Assembly (NCBI GenBank): GCA_963718615.1
Contig: OY970368.1
Coordinates: 4,032,001-4,096,000, forward strand
Direction: 5' to 3'
DNA from: an uncultured cyanobacterium
GTDB taxonomy: Bacteria > Cyanobacteriota > Cyanobacteriia > PCC-9006 > JAAUQQ01
DNA: 64,000 nt
The stretch's first letter is position 1; every line of letters begins with the position of its first letter. This document shows positions 32,326 to 44,149 of the stretch, one piece after another. The translations under genes were made by a program, and so were the position numbers. Under the pieces are notes generated by a model. That model was not told where the DNA came from and ran no database searches. It worked only from the letters and a program-made list of their open reading frames with translations.

Positions 32326-33471
32326 CTAACTACAGAGAGACTGCTGCCGGTCCATCTTGCCCACCAGAGCCAAAAGCTCATCGAGAGAAAGGTCGCGTTT
32401 GAGCTGGGTGGCGCGATCGCGAACCGCATATAACAGAGATTGGCTTTCCTCCTTATCTAAGACAATGCCATAACCTTGCAAAACCCAACCCAGCAGGTGT
32501 CGACCGGAATGTTTACCAATCACCAAACGTCGATGTCCTCCTACCTCTTCAGGATCAAAGGGTTCGTAGCTGTCGGGAGATTGCAAAACACCATGGGTAT
32601 GGATGCCGGATTCGTGGGCAAAGCTGTTTTGACCAACGATCGCTTTCCAAGGGGGAACCGGCGTATTAACTATTTTTGCCACAAAGCGGGATAAAGGTAA
32701 TAACTGTTGCGTTCGAATTCCAGTTTTCAATCCATAAATCTGTTTGAGCCCCATAACCACCTCTTCAAGGGCAGCATTTCCGGCCCGTTCTCCCAATCCA
32801 TTAACCGTAGTGTTCACTGAAGTTGCGCCCGCACGAACCCCGGCAAGGGCATTCGCAGTAGCTAAACCCAAGTCGTTGTGCGTGTGCATTTCGATAGGGA
32901 TATCCAGCGCGGCCACCAACTTTTGAATCTTATTAAAGGTGGAGAATGGATCCAAAATGCCGACGGTATCACAAAAGCGAAAGCGGAATGCTCCCCACTC
33001 CTGGGCAAACTGAGCCACGTCAAGCAAAAAGTTTTCGTCTGCGCGTGAACTGTCTTCCCCCCCAATACTGACTTCAAGGCCATGGTCGCGTGCAAAGGTA
33101 ATCACATTTCGCAATTGCTCCAGCATGTAAGACCAACGTCCCTGAAATTTAATTTGAATCTGGCTATCGGAAACGGGAATTGAAATATGAACTCGTTTGA
33201 GCCCACAGTAAATTGAAGCTTCGACATCTGCAATAACGGCACGATTCCAGCCTAAAAGTTGAGCATTGAGACCCAGATCGACGATGGCTCGAATAGAGTC
33301 GGCTTCTTCTCGTCCCATAATGGGAATGCCGACTTCTAATTCTTGTACCCCAAGGGTATCGAGAAATTGAGCGATCGCAACCTTTTCTTCAAGCCCAAAG
33401 GCAACACCTGCGGCCTGTTCACCATCCCGCAGGGTGGTATCGTTGATGGAGATAGAGGAGGAGGTTGTCAT
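32326..33471 (-). CDS. nifV: Homocitrate synthase
   Basis: [30 protein letters not shown]. Confidence 0.95.
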   Translation of the reverse strand: MTTSSSISINDTTLRDGEQAAGVAFGLEEKVAIAQFLDTLGVQELEVGIPIMGREEADSIRAIVDLGLNAQLLGWNRAVIADVEASIYCGLKRVHISIPVSDSQIQIKFQGRWSYMLEQLRNVITFARDHGLEVSIGGEDSSRADENFLLDVAQFAQEWGAFRFRFCDTVGILDPFSTFNKIQKLVAALDIPIEMHTHNDLGLATANALAGVRAGATSVNTTVNGLGERAGNAALEEVVMGLKQIYGLKTGIRTQQLLPLSRFVAKIVNTPVPPWKAIVGQNSFAHESGIHTHGVLQSPDSYEPFDPEEVGGHRRLVIGKHSGRHLLGWVLQGYGIVLDKEESQSLLYAVRDRATQLKRDLSLDELLALVGKMDRQQSLCS

Positions 33472-34208
33472 GGCACCAAGGGGGAGGAAAAGGATTCGGT
33501 CAGGGTTTGGAGTTGTTGTTCGAGGACTTCGATTCGATCGATTAGTTGGCGTAGGGTTGTCGCCTCAACATCAGGAAGCTGGCCATGCTCTAGCGGTGTC
33601 CTTTGGGTGTTGCAGCCACAAACATTGCGGCTGGGCACGCCGACAGCGGTGCAGTTGGCGGGGATATCTTTGAGGACAATGGAACCCGCACCAATCCGGG
33701 CGCGATCGCCGACCTGAATATTACCCAGAATTTTGGCTCCAGCACCAATCACAACGTGACTTCCCACCGTAGGATGACGTTTACCGGTTTGTTTACCGGT
33801 ACCGCCCAGGGTAACGCCTTGGTAAATCAGCGTGTAGTCTCCCACAATCGCCGTTTCACCGATGACAACGCCCATGCCGTGATCAATAAATAAACCTCGA
33901 CCAAGCTGAGCAGCGGGATGAATTTCGATCCCCGTTAAGAGGCGACTGACGTGAGCAATCAGACGAGGCAAAAAGCTAACTCCCCGCTGGTGGAGCCAAT
34001 GGGCTAGGCGATGGGCTGTGATGGCATGAAGACCGGGATAACAGCAGAGTACTTCTAACCAATGGTGAGCAGCGGGATCCCGCTCGAAGATAATATTGAA
34101 ATCGTCCCAGGTTAAACATTGATGGGTTAGGCGACGGGTCAAGCGGATCAAGTTATTCCGAAGGTTAACGCGGGGTAGACCCGCAAAACAATGGGCGGAT
34201 AGAAACAT
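33468..34208 (-). CDS. nifP: Serine O-acetyltransferase (nif-associated)
   Basis: [29 protein letters not shown]. Divergent from nifB and overlapping the nifV start. Confidence 0.93.
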   Translation of the reverse strand: MFLSAHCFAGLPRVNLRNNLIRLTRRLTHQCLTWDDFNIIFERDPAAHHWLEVLCCYPGLHAITAHRLAHWLHQRGVSFLPRLIAHVSRLLTGIEIHPAAQLGRGLFIDHGMGVVIGETAIVGDYTLIYQGVTLGGTGKQTGKRHPTVGSHVVIGAGAKILGNIQVGDRARIGAGSIVLKDIPANCTAVGVPSRNVCGCNTQRTPLEHGQLPDVEATTLRQLIDRIEVLEQQLQTLTESFSSPLVP

Positions 34209-34303
34209 GGCGGCGGTGAGGTGCGTTTATTTGCTTATAGCAGCCATGGGATTTGGGCGATCGCTCCCTCAAGCCCATCCGAATTCACTAGAATGATTAC
34301 CGC

Positions 34304-34971
34304 TGTACTCACCGCCTCAATCGCTGATAGGATAAGGCTTAGATTTTTTCTCTAGGGGATAGGTACGAGAATTTTAGGGCTTACGACCAGGTATTTTTGC
34401 AGGAGGGGACAGGTATTCTGTACTCAACCCTCTCTTCCTTTCCCGTCGGTTTTTAGTGCTTAATCAGGCAAAACCAAACACCTGCTTTTGATGTACTCAA
34501 AGTGCTAAGCACTAAAATCTTTCCAAGCACTCGGAGAGAGTAATGGTTAAAAGTGTAGCAGATTTGGCAGATTTTCCCGATAACGCTTTAGCAAGCCTTA
34601 AGCTTGAAATGGGTCTGGATGGATTACCTTTACAGATTTTAACAAGCAAACGGTGACGGTTGTTACGAAAGAATTTAAAATATGAAGTAGTCGATACAGA
34701 AAGATCTCGGTTGAAGTTTTTGAGCAATAATCCTGATATGAAGTTTGCATCAAAAGTGACAAAACTGATTCATTTGAGTACTCAAGATTTGGCTTCGAGA
34801 AAAGTCGCTAAAGTGGCCTAAATCCCTTACAGAACAAGGAAAGTAGCTGAGTACAACAATCATCGAACAAAGGCAAGAAAAAGCTAGTTCATTCTCTTGA
34901 AAATACCTGTGCCCTAATCCCCAAAAAAAATTCCTATTCTAGGGCTGTAAGGGTTTCAAGGACTGAGTACA
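34304..34971. promoter_or_regulatory. Divergent nifP/nifB promoter region with six TGAGTAC boxes (CnfR-type)
   Basis: TGTACTCA at 34304, 34419 and 34492. Palindrome TTGAGTACTCAA at 34774-85. TGAGTACA at 34848 and 34964. TGAGTAC-like motifs are known upstream of CnfR-dependent nifB genes. Confidence 0.8.
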
Positions 34972-35077
34972 GTGCTAATCATTTAATCAATCCTATCGGC
35001 TTCCGGCCAGGAGGCTGCCAGGGATAGTGTTGCTATAACGTCTTCAACGTCCAGCACTCCCTCACCTCCTGAAGCCC

Positions 35078-36538
35078 ATGACGCCTCCGCAAGAAACAGT
35101 TTTATTGGACAAAACATCGGAGAACTGCGGCTGTAGCACAAAAAACGATGCTCCTAACGGCATTAGTGAAGCCATGCAGGCCCGCATCGATAAGCATCCC
35201 TGCTACAGCGAAGAAGCTCACCATCACTACGCCCGCATGCATGTTGCTGTGGCTCCTGCCTGCAATATTCAATGTAACTACTGCAACCGTAAGTATGACT
35301 GTGCGAATGAAAGTCGTCCTGGTGTAGTGAGTGAACTCCTAACCCCTGAAGAAGCCGCCCATAAGGTTCTCGTGGTTGCGGGTAAAATCCCTCAAATGAC
35401 AGTGCTTGGCATCGCCGGACCGGGTGATCCCCTGGCCAACCCGGAAAGAACCTTCCGCACGTTTGAGCTGATTGCAGAGCAGGCTCCTGATATTAAACTT
35501 TGCCTCTCTACCAATGGCTTGATGCTGCCCGACTATGTTGATCGCATCAAACAGCTCAATGTTGACCATGTCACGATCACCATTAATATGGTTGATCCTG
35601 AAATTGGAGAAAAAATCTATCCCTGGGTGCACTACCGCCGCAAGCGCTACCGGGGCATCGAAGGGGTTCGCATTCTGCACGAGCGCCAAATGGAAGGATT
35701 GGAAGCCCTCCGGGATGCGGACATTCTCTGTAAAGTCAATTCAGTGCTAATTCCCGGTGTGAATGATGAACATATGCCAGAGGTGAATAAGGCCATTCGC
35801 GATCGCGGAGCTTTCCTTCACAATATTATGCCCTTGATTTCAGCCCCAGAGCACGGGACCTACTTTGGCCTCAATGGTCAACGCGGACCCAATCCCAAGG
35901 AACTGAAAGCGGTCCAAGATAAGTGCTCTGGCAACATGAAGTTGATGCGTCACTGTCGTCAATGTCGGGCAGATGCCGTGGGATTATTGGGTGAAGACCG
36001 CAGCCAAGAATTCACCAAAAATAAGTTTATGGAAATGACGGCGGATTACGACCTTGAAAAGCGTCAAGCCGTGCATCTGGGTATCGAGCATGCCAAAGCT
36101 GTAGTGGCTGAGAAAAAGCAGGCCAGCACGGCTCAGGTTCAACTTCCAGGTCACAGCTCTCCCAAAATTTTGGTTGCCGTTGCATCTAAAGGTGGCGGAT
36201 TGGTCAATCAACATTTTGGCCATGCTAAGGAATTCATGATTTATGAAGTCGATGCCATGGAAGCGAAGTTTGTGAGCCACCGCAAAGTGGCAGATTATTG
36301 CCAAGGGGGCTACGGCGAAGAGGCTATGCTCAAGGGCATTATCGAGACGATTTCCGACTGTACTGCTGTTCTTGCAGCTAAGATTGGCCCCTGCCCTCAG
36401 AAAAAGCTTAAAGCGGCAGGGCTCAAAGTCGTTGAAGCCTACGACGTGATTGAAACCGTTGCCCGACAGGTTTATGACGAGCAGTTTTTGAATCAACCCC
36501 TGTCCTGCGAACTGCCTCAGCCTCAATCTGTTTGCTAG
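35078..36538 (+). CDS. nifB: Nitrogenase cofactor biosynthesis radical-SAM protein NifB
   Basis: [21 protein letters not shown] and a C-terminal NifX-like domain (HFGHA). Confidence 0.98.
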   Translation: MTPPQETVLLDKTSENCGCSTKNDAPNGISEAMQARIDKHPCYSEEAHHHYARMHVAVAPACNIQCNYCNRKYDCANESRPGVVSELLTPEEAAHKVLVVAGKIPQMTVLGIAGPGDPLANPERTFRTFELIAEQAPDIKLCLSTNGLMLPDYVDRIKQLNVDHVTITINMVDPEIGEKIYPWVHYRRKRYRGIEGVRILHERQMEGLEALRDADILCKVNSVLIPGVNDEHMPEVNKAIRDRGAFLHNIMPLISAPEHGTYFGLNGQRGPNPKELKAVQDKCSGNMKLMRHCRQCRADAVGLLGEDRSQEFTKNKFMEMTADYDLEKRQAVHLGIEHAKAVVAEKKQASTAQVQLPGHSSPKILVAVASKGGGLVNQHFGHAKEFMIYEVDAMEAKFVSHRKVADYCQGGYGEEAMLKGIIETISDCTAVLAAKIGPCPQKKLKAAGLKVVEAYDVIETVARQVYDEQFLNQPLSCELPQPQSVC

Positions 36539-36609
36539 CCAACTCAGCGCAAATCTACAGCAAATTCACAGTAAATTCACAGCAAAACCGTTTAAGGAGG
36601 AAGCGAGCC

Positions 36610-36999
36610 ATGGGCTATACCATCACCGAAGACTGTATTGGATGCCAACGCTGCCTGTCCGTCTGTCCCAAAGGCGCAATTGAAACCGATGGCTCGCGTT
36701 TTTGGATTGAAGTTAGCCGTTGCGACCAATGCCAAGACTCCTATGGTCTTTCCCAATGCTGGGCTATCTGCCCCACGAACGAAGGCTGTATTCCCTTAAC
36801 CCGCGTTACAGAAACTTACCTGACTCATCCTGTCGGAGATTACTGGGAATCTTGGTTTTCCACCTACGAACAGCTTTTGACTCGACTGAAAAGTAAGCAG
36901 CGATCGCCTTACTGGCAACAGTGGTTTAACTTGTATTCACAACGTCTGCATTCACTTCAAACCCAAGACTCTTCAGCAAATTTATCCGTTTCAATCTAA
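36610..36999 (+). CDS. fdxN: Ferredoxin FdxN
   Basis: AAGGAGG RBS, CIGCQRCLSVC and CDQC...CWAICP motifs. Lies between nifB and nifS. Confidence 0.88.
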   Translation: MGYTITEDCIGCQRCLSVCPKGAIETDGSRFWIEVSRCDQCQDSYGLSQCWAICPTNEGCIPLTRVTETYLTHPVGDYWESWFSTYEQLLTRLKSKQRSPYWQQWFNLYSQRLHSLQTQDSSANLSVSI

Positions 37000-37081
37000 G
37001 TCACTTTCTGTTTTCTTCTCACCGTATTTGCAAGATTCTATCTCTTCCCTTTCCTCAAACACCCCCTGCGGAGCCCAAGCC

Positions 37082-38278
37082 ATGGTGATCTATTTCGATA
37101 ACAACGCCACCACCCAAATTGACCCAGTTGTGCTGGATGCCATGTTGCCCTATCTCAGCACGTTCTATGGCAATCCTTCCTCCATGCACAGCTTTGGAGG
37201 ACAGGTTGGGGCCGCAATTCAAAATGCCAGAGCTCAAGTGGCAGAACTTTTAGGGGCTGAAGATACGGAAATTGTATTTACAAGTTGTGGCAGCGAAAGC
37301 AACAATACCGCTATCCATGCAGCCCTCGCAGCTCAGCCCAAGAAGCGCCATATTGTTACTACGGCGGTTGAGCATCCTGCCGTCCTCAGCGTCTGTAAAC
37401 AGCTAGAGAAAAAAGGCTACAGCGTCACGTACCTCTCCGTGGATCGTCGGGGTCAGCTCGATCTCCTAGAGCTGGAGGCAGCCATGACCGGAGGCACGGC
37501 ATTGGTCACGACGATGTATGCCAACAATGAAACAGGCGTCATTTTCCCGGTAGAGCAGATTGGGGCGATCGCCAAAGAATACGGTGCCGTTTTCCATGTT
37601 GATGCCGTGCAGGCAGTCGGAAAGTTGCCTATCAATCTAAAATGTAGTACCATTGATTTGCTGACGCTCTCAGGCCATAAATTACACGCACCCAAGGGTA
37701 TTGGGGCACTCTATATTCGGCGAGGTTTCCATTTTCGTCCATTCCTCCTAGGAGGGCACCAAGAACGAGGACGACGAGCGGGCACCCAGAATGTTGCAGG
37801 AATTGTGGCTTTGGGTAAAGCGGCTGAGCTCGCCCACCAGCATCTGCCTCAGATCGGCCAAGAAGAAAGATTACGCAATCGGTTAGAAACACAACTGCTC
37901 TCCCTCATCCCTGATTGTGAGGTGAATGGTGCAGGCACTTCCCGTTTGCCCAACACGAGCAGTATCGGCTTTAAATACATCGAAGGAGAAGCAATTCTGC
38001 TCATGCTCGACAAGCATGAAATTTGTGCCTCCTCAGGGTCTGCCTGTACATCAGGCTCCCTCGATCCCTCCCATGTTTTGATGGCAATGGGGTTGCCCTA
38101 CACGATTTTGCACGGCTCGATTCGGTTCAGTTTGTCACGGTTTACTACAGAGGCCGAAGTCCAGCATGTGATCACTGTGATGCCAGAACTTGTCCAAAAA
38201 CTACGAGCTATTTCACCCTTTAATAATGATGAGTCCGATTGGCTACAAAGCCGTGATCTAGCTGTACAAACTGCATAG
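37082..38278 (+). CDS. nifS: Cysteine desulfurase NifS
   Basis: YFDNNATT, SGHKLH, SSGSACTS. Confidence 0.97.
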   Translation: MVIYFDNNATTQIDPVVLDAMLPYLSTFYGNPSSMHSFGGQVGAAIQNARAQVAELLGAEDTEIVFTSCGSESNNTAIHAALAAQPKKRHIVTTAVEHPAVLSVCKQLEKKGYSVTYLSVDRRGQLDLLELEAAMTGGTALVTTMYANNETGVIFPVEQIGAIAKEYGAVFHVDAVQAVGKLPINLKCSTIDLLTLSGHKLHAPKGIGALYIRRGFHFRPFLLGGHQERGRRAGTQNVAGIVALGKAAELAHQHLPQIGQEERLRNRLETQLLSLIPDCEVNGAGTSRLPNTSSIGFKYIEGEAILLMLDKHEICASSGSACTSGSLDPSHVLMAMGLPYTILHGSIRFSLSRFTTEAEVQHVITVMPELVQKLRAISPFNNDESDWLQSRDLAVQTA

Positions 38279-38340
38279 ATCTTCCCTCAATTCTCAATCT
38301 TATTAACTCGATTCTCCACTTCATCACCCCGGTAAAAGCC

Positions 38341-39213
38341 ATGTGGGACTATTCCGAAAAAGTACTTGAACTGTTCTATAATCCGATCAACCAAGGGGTG
38401 ATCGCTGAGCCAAACGAACCTGATATTGCAGTGGTCTACGGTGAGGTTGGTAGTATCTCCTGTGGTGATGCCTTACGGCTACATCTGAAGATTCAGGAAT
38501 CGACGGAAACTATTTTAGATTCCCGATTTCAGACCTTTGGTTGTACGAGTGCGATCGCCTCCTCATCCGCTTTAACTGAATTAGTCAAAGGTAAAACCCT
38601 TGACGAAGCCCTGCAAATTACCAATCAAGATATTGCTGCGTATCTCGGAGGCTTGCCAGAAGCCAAAATGCACTGTTCTGTCATGGGTCAAGAGGCCCTT
38701 GAAGCTGCGATTTATAAATATCGAGGCATCGAGGTAGAGCACCATGAGGATGACGAAGGCACAATTGTTTGCTCTTGCTTTGGCATCACTGAACCTCGCA
38801 TTCGTCGTGTCATTATCGAAAATGATCTTGACACCATCGAGCAAGTCACTAATTATATTAAGGCAGGCGGAGGTTGTGGATCTTGTCTAGCCAACATTGA
38901 CGATGTTCTCAGTGAAATTCGGCAAGAACGCACCGCCCTCTCAGCCCGTGTCGAGGCTGAAGTCGCAACAGCGCCACTAACACCCATTCAAAAGATTAAC
39001 CGCATTCAAACCGTCCTCTCCGAGGAAATTCGCCCAATTCTGATTGCTGACGGTGGCGATGTTGAACTCTACGACGTGAATGGCGACATCGTGCAGGTAC
39101 AACTTAAAGGCGCTTGTGGCTCCTGTGCCAGTAGCACAGCAACGCTGAAAGGCGCGATCGAAACTCGTCTCAGAGCCCATGTTTCCCCGACCTTAACGGT
39201 CGTCGCAGTTTAG
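38341..39213 (+). CDS. nifU: Fe-S scaffold NifU
   Basis: CGDAL, FGCTSA, KMHCS, CSC...GCGSC, GACGSC. Confidence 0.97.
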   Translation: MWDYSEKVLELFYNPINQGVIAEPNEPDIAVVYGEVGSISCGDALRLHLKIQESTETILDSRFQTFGCTSAIASSSALTELVKGKTLDEALQITNQDIAAYLGGLPEAKMHCSVMGQEALEAAIYKYRGIEVEHHEDDEGTIVCSCFGITEPRIRRVIIENDLDTIEQVTNYIKAGGGCGSCLANIDDVLSEIRQERTALSARVEAEVATAPLTPIQKINRIQTVLSEEIRPILIADGGDVELYDVNGDIVQVQLKGACGSCASSTATLKGAIETRLRAHVSPTLTVVAV

Positions 39214-39378
39214 TATTTTTGATCCATCTCTAGTTTTGTTTTAACTCTTTCTCAAGGCGGCCTTCACACCGCTGTTTAGCCCATGATCACGCTGCACAAG
39301 ACTTCTACCGTTGAGCGATCGCCTCCATCATCCAGATTATTGCCTCAACAAAAACCTAAATTCGCAACACGACCTTAA

Positions 39379-40269
<891 letters not shown>

Positions 40270-40273
40270 TTTC

Positions 40274-40359
40274 AAGTCGTCTGAGCCTGATCGGTACGGG
40301 TCCAAATCACCTGCGAGTTTGCCTAGGGACATCTCCCGTAACGGCTCAGACTACGACTT
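40274..40359 (+). other. Intergenic stem-loop between nifH and nifD (probable mRNA stabiliser or processing signal)
   Basis: AAGTCGT-CTGAGCC pairs with GGCTCAG-ACT-ACGACTT, and TACGGG pairs with CCCGTA. Confidence 0.55.
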
Positions 40360-40407
40360 CTTCGCTCGCCCAGCTAAATTAATCACTCCCGACTTAAAGA
40401 GGGCACT

Positions 40408-41853
40408 ATGGCCACCGTAGAAGACAAAAAGGCACTGCTCCAGGAAGTCCTGGACGCCTATCCAGATAAAGCTAAAAAAAGCCGTTCCAAGCACCTCAAT
40501 GTAACTGAAGAAGGCGCTTCCGACTGCGGCGTTAAGTCCAACAAAAAGTCCGTTCCTGGCGTCATGACTACCCGTGGCTGTGCCTATGCAGGGGCCAAGG
40601 GTGTGGTTTGGGGACCGGTCAAAGACATGATTCACATCAGCCATGGTCCAGTAGGTTGTGGCTACTACTCCTGGTCTGGACGCCGCAACTATTACATCGG
40701 CACCACTGGGGTAGATACCTTTGGAACGATGCAGTTTACCTCCGACTTCCAAGAGCGAGATATCGTCTTTGGAGGTGACAAAAAGCTCGATAAGTTGATT
40801 GATGAACTGGAAGATCTCTTCCCCCTCAGCAAAGGCACGACCATTGAGTCTGAGTGCCCTGTAGGCCTAATTGGAGATGACATCGAAGCCGTAGCCAAGA
40901 AAAAGGCTAAGGAATACAGTAAGCCTGTCGTACCGGTTCGCTGCGAAGGTTTCCGGGGCGTTTCTCAATCCCTCGGCCACCACATTGCTAACGACACCGT
41001 GCGAGATTGGGTTCTACCCAAAGCGGAGGAATACCGCCAATTACCCGAAGGCTTTAAACCGAGTCCCTACGACGTCAACATTATTGGGGACTACAACATT
41101 GGGGGAGATGCTTGGCCCAGCCGCCTCCTGCTAGAAGCGATCGGCCTACGCGTGATTTGCCAATTCTCCGGTGATGGCACATTCAACGAAGTCGTCATGA
41201 CTCCCTTGGCCAAGTTAAATTTGATCCACTGCTACCGTTCCATGAACTACATCTGTCGGTTTATGGAAGAGAAATATGGCATTGGTTGGTTGGAATACAA
41301 CTTCTTTGGTCCTACCGAAATTGCCACGTCTCTGCGCAAGATTGCCGCTCAGTTTGATGAAACTATCCAAGAAAAGGCAGAGCAGGTCATCGCCAGTTAT
41401 CAGGCTCGGATGGATGCGGTCGTTGAAAAATATCGCCCTCGCTTAGAAGGTAAAGAAGTCATGATGATGGTGGGAGGTCTACGTCCTCGCCACATTATTC
41501 CAGCCTTTGAAGACCTTGGCATGAAAGTCATTGGCACTGGCTATGAATTTGGTCACGGTGATGACTATAAACGGACGGCTGAGTATGTAGATGAAGGCAC
41601 TGTCATCTATGACGATGTTAGCGGGTTTGAATTCGAGGAACTGGCGAAGAAACTTCAGCCAGACCTGATTGCCGCTGGCATCAAGGAAAAGTATGTCTTC
41701 CAGAAAATGGCGCTGCCCTTCCGTCAGATGCACTCCTGGGATTACTCCGGCCCTTATCACGGTTACGACGGCTTTGAAGTCTTTGCCCGCGACATGGACT
41801 TAGCCATTAACAATCCCACCTGGGGACTGATCAATCCTCCCTGGCAACAGTAA
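40408..41853 (+). CDS. nifD: Nitrogenase MoFe protein alpha chain
   Basis: RGCAYAG, HGPVGC, FeMo-co ligands HCYRS and MHSWDY. Uninterrupted. Confidence 0.99.
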   Translation: MATVEDKKALLQEVLDAYPDKAKKSRSKHLNVTEEGASDCGVKSNKKSVPGVMTTRGCAYAGAKGVVWGPVKDMIHISHGPVGCGYYSWSGRRNYYIGTTGVDTFGTMQFTSDFQERDIVFGGDKKLDKLIDELEDLFPLSKGTTIESECPVGLIGDDIEAVAKKKAKEYSKPVVPVRCEGFRGVSQSLGHHIANDTVRDWVLPKAEEYRQLPEGFKPSPYDVNIIGDYNIGGDAWPSRLLLEAIGLRVICQFSGDGTFNEVVMTPLAKLNLIHCYRSMNYICRFMEEKYGIGWLEYNFFGPTEIATSLRKIAAQFDETIQEKAEQVIASYQARMDAVVEKYRPRLEGKEVMMMVGGLRPRHIIPAFEDLGMKVIGTGYEFGHGDDYKRTAEYVDEGTVIYDDVSGFEFEELAKKLQPDLIAAGIKEKYVFQKMALPFRQMHSWDYSGPYHGYDGFEVFARDMDLAINNPTWGLINPPWQQ

Positions 41854-41873
41854 CGACCCACTAGGAGACTATC

Positions 41874-43442
41874 ATGACTGAGAATACCAATTCCCAGGTC
41901 CCGGAAAATACACCGGAGCTGGGCCAAGTGAAAGATCACTTTGATCTATTCCATACCCAAACCTATCAGGATCTTTTCGAGTACAAGCGTCAATTTGAAG
42001 GCGCTCACAGCCGCGATAAAGTTGCCGAAGTTGCTGAATGGACTAAAGGCTGGGAATACCGGGAAAAGAACTTTTCACGGGAGGCTCTCACGATCAACCC
42101 AGCTAAAGCCTGCCAGCCGCTCGGATCGCTCTTTGTTGCCTCTGGATTTGAAGGGACGTTGCCCTATAGCCATGGCTCCCAAGGTTGCGTCGCCTATTTC
42201 CGGACCCACCTAACTCGCAACTACAAAGAACCCTTCCAAGCGGTTTCATCTTCGATGACAGAAGATGCAGCTGTTTTTGGTGGACTGAGCAACCTCAAGC
42301 AAGGATTGGAAAACGCCTACAAGCTATACAATCCCAAGATGATCGCGCTCTGCACGACCTGTATGGCAGAGGTCATTGGAGACGACATTAGCTCCTTTAT
42401 CCAAACCGCCAAAAACGAGGAATTAATCCCACAAGATCTACCAGTACCTGCGGCTCATACACCTAGCTTTGTCGGCTCCCATATTACGGGTTATGACAAC
42501 ATGCTTTTGAGCATTTTGAAGACGCTCACTGCAGGCAAAAAGACAGAAGCTAGCAATGGAAAGTTCAACTTCAACTTAGGGTTCGATCCCTATATCGGTA
42601 ATATTCGAGAGTTGAAGCGAATCCTCAGCCTTTTTGGCATCGACTACACGATTCTTTCAGACAACTCCGATACGTTTGATTCTCCCAACACAGGTGAATT
42701 CAAAATGTATAATGGGTTAACAACTCTGGAGGATGCTGCCGATTCTATTAACGCAGAAGGAAGTTTCTTCTTCCAAACCTACACCACTCCCAAAACTCAA
42801 GAATACGTTGTCAAAGAATGGGGTCAAAAGACTTACAATTTCCGACCTTTTGGGATTCAGGGCACTGATGAATTTCTGATGGCTTTGTCTGCGATTACGG
42901 GTAAGGCAATTCCACTGGAGCTTCAGCAAGAGCGAGGGCGTGCCGTTGATGCACTAACCGACTCTCAATCCTGGATTCATGGTAAACGTGTTGCGCTCTA
43001 TGGCGATCCCGACCTGGTCATGGGTCTGATTCGCTTCCTCCTAGAAATGGGAGCTGAGCCGGTTCACATTGTTGTCACCAATTCTAACGAAGGGTTTGAA
43101 GCCGAGGCTCGTGAGCTGCTAGCGAGCAGTCCCTATGGCCAAGGCGCAACTGTGTGGGGTAAGAAGGATCTGTGGCACTTGCGATCGCTCATGTTCACCG
43201 AGCCCGTCGATTTATTGATTGGCAACTCCTACGGCAAGTATCTCTGGCGCGATACAGGTACTCCCTTGGTTCGCATTGGCTATCCGATTTTCGATCGCCA
43301 TCACATGCACCGCTATCCAACCCTAGGGTACCAAGGTGCGATCAACCAGTTCAACTGGATTATCAATACGATTCTGGACGAACTCGATCGCAATACGATT
43401 ATCCCCGCAAAAACGGACATCTCGTTCGATTTGATTCGTTAG
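41874..43442 (+). CDS. nifK: Nitrogenase MoFe protein beta chain
   Basis: PAKACQPLG, HGSQGC, TTCMAE. Confidence 0.99.
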   Translation: MTENTNSQVPENTPELGQVKDHFDLFHTQTYQDLFEYKRQFEGAHSRDKVAEVAEWTKGWEYREKNFSREALTINPAKACQPLGSLFVASGFEGTLPYSHGSQGCVAYFRTHLTRNYKEPFQAVSSSMTEDAAVFGGLSNLKQGLENAYKLYNPKMIALCTTCMAEVIGDDISSFIQTAKNEELIPQDLPVPAAHTPSFVGSHITGYDNMLLSILKTLTAGKKTEASNGKFNFNLGFDPYIGNIRELKRILSLFGIDYTILSDNSDTFDSPNTGEFKMYNGLTTLEDAADSINAEGSFFFQTYTTPKTQEYVVKEWGQKTYNFRPFGIQGTDEFLMALSAITGKAIPLELQQERGRAVDALTDSQSWIHGKRVALYGDPDLVMGLIRFLLEMGAEPVHIVVTNSNEGFEAEARELLASSPYGQGATVWGKKDLWHLRSLMFTEPVDLLIGNSYGKYLWRDTGTPLVRIGYPIFDRHHMHRYPTLGYQGAINQFNWIINTILDELDRNTIIPAKTDISFDLIR

Positions 43443-43451
43443 TTCATAGAC

Positions 43452-43478
43452 GCAGAGATGTACACCGTACATCTCTGC
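43452..43478 (+). terminator. Perfect 12-bp hairpin after nifK (attenuator or stability element)
   Basis: GCAGAGATGTAC-ACC-GTACATCTCTGC. There is no U-tract, so readthrough to nifZ/nifEN is likely. Confidence 0.6.
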
Positions 43479-43500
43479 CTCGTAATCACAGGAATAGGTT

Positions 43501-43788
43501 ATGCGCTTAAGTGAAGAAGTTGAACTTGATTCTCCTCCCCATTTTGATATGGGCCAACGGGTCCGAGTTTTGAAACTCATCCGCAACGATGGTACTTTTC
43601 CCGGCAAAGATATTGGCTTTCATCTCGCCAAAAAAGGCGATATTGGTTATATCGTTGGCATTGGTACCTACTTGCAACGGGCCTATATTTACTCAGTCCA
43701 TTTCCTAGAAAGTAACTATGTCGTAGGCTGCCTCAGTCGAGAACTCGAACTTGCGGAAGATCGGCAGCCTTTAATTCCCCAAGAATAA
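43501..43788 (+). CDS. nifZ: NifZ
   Basis: IRNDGTFPG, GTYLQ, VVGC. Confidence 0.93.
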   Translation: MRLSEEVELDSPPHFDMGQRVRVLKLIRNDGTFPGKDIGFHLAKKGDIGYIVGIGTYLQRAYIYSVHFLESNYVVGCLSRELELAEDRQPLIPQE

Positions 43789-43807
43789 TTCTCTCCCTGA
43801 GGTTCCT

Positions 43808-44098
43808 ATGACCCGTTTTCTGGCTCCTTCCCAAGTTTTGTTACCAACGCTTCGTATCCAACCACTCGCGCCTTTCAGGGCTTGGATTAATAGAATTGAA
43901 GTCCACCAGAGTTGGTTTGCCCGTTGGGTTTGTCGACTAGTCCCTAATGTTTGTTCCAGGGGCTATGACCTACGATGCCTAGGTTATACGATTTTGCATT
44001 TACCCTCACTGTGCAAACTCAATCCCCTGTATGACGAACTGCTGGATTTGCGGTTTCGGGCCGCTGAATTTCTCTATGAACAGTCTGGAAGCGATTAG
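43808..44098 (+). CDS. 'Mo-dependent nitrogenase C-terminal domain' family small protein
   Basis: LCKLNPLYDELLDLRFRA signature. Confidence 0.8.
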   Translation: MTRFLAPSQVLLPTLRIQPLAPFRAWINRIEVHQSWFARWVCRLVPNVCSRGYDLRCLGYTILHLPSLCKLNPLYDELLDLRFRAAEFLYEQSGSD

Positions 44099-44149
44099 CT
44101 TATCTCGCCAACGCTTGATGTAACGCATTCCCACTCACCTGCGATCGCC

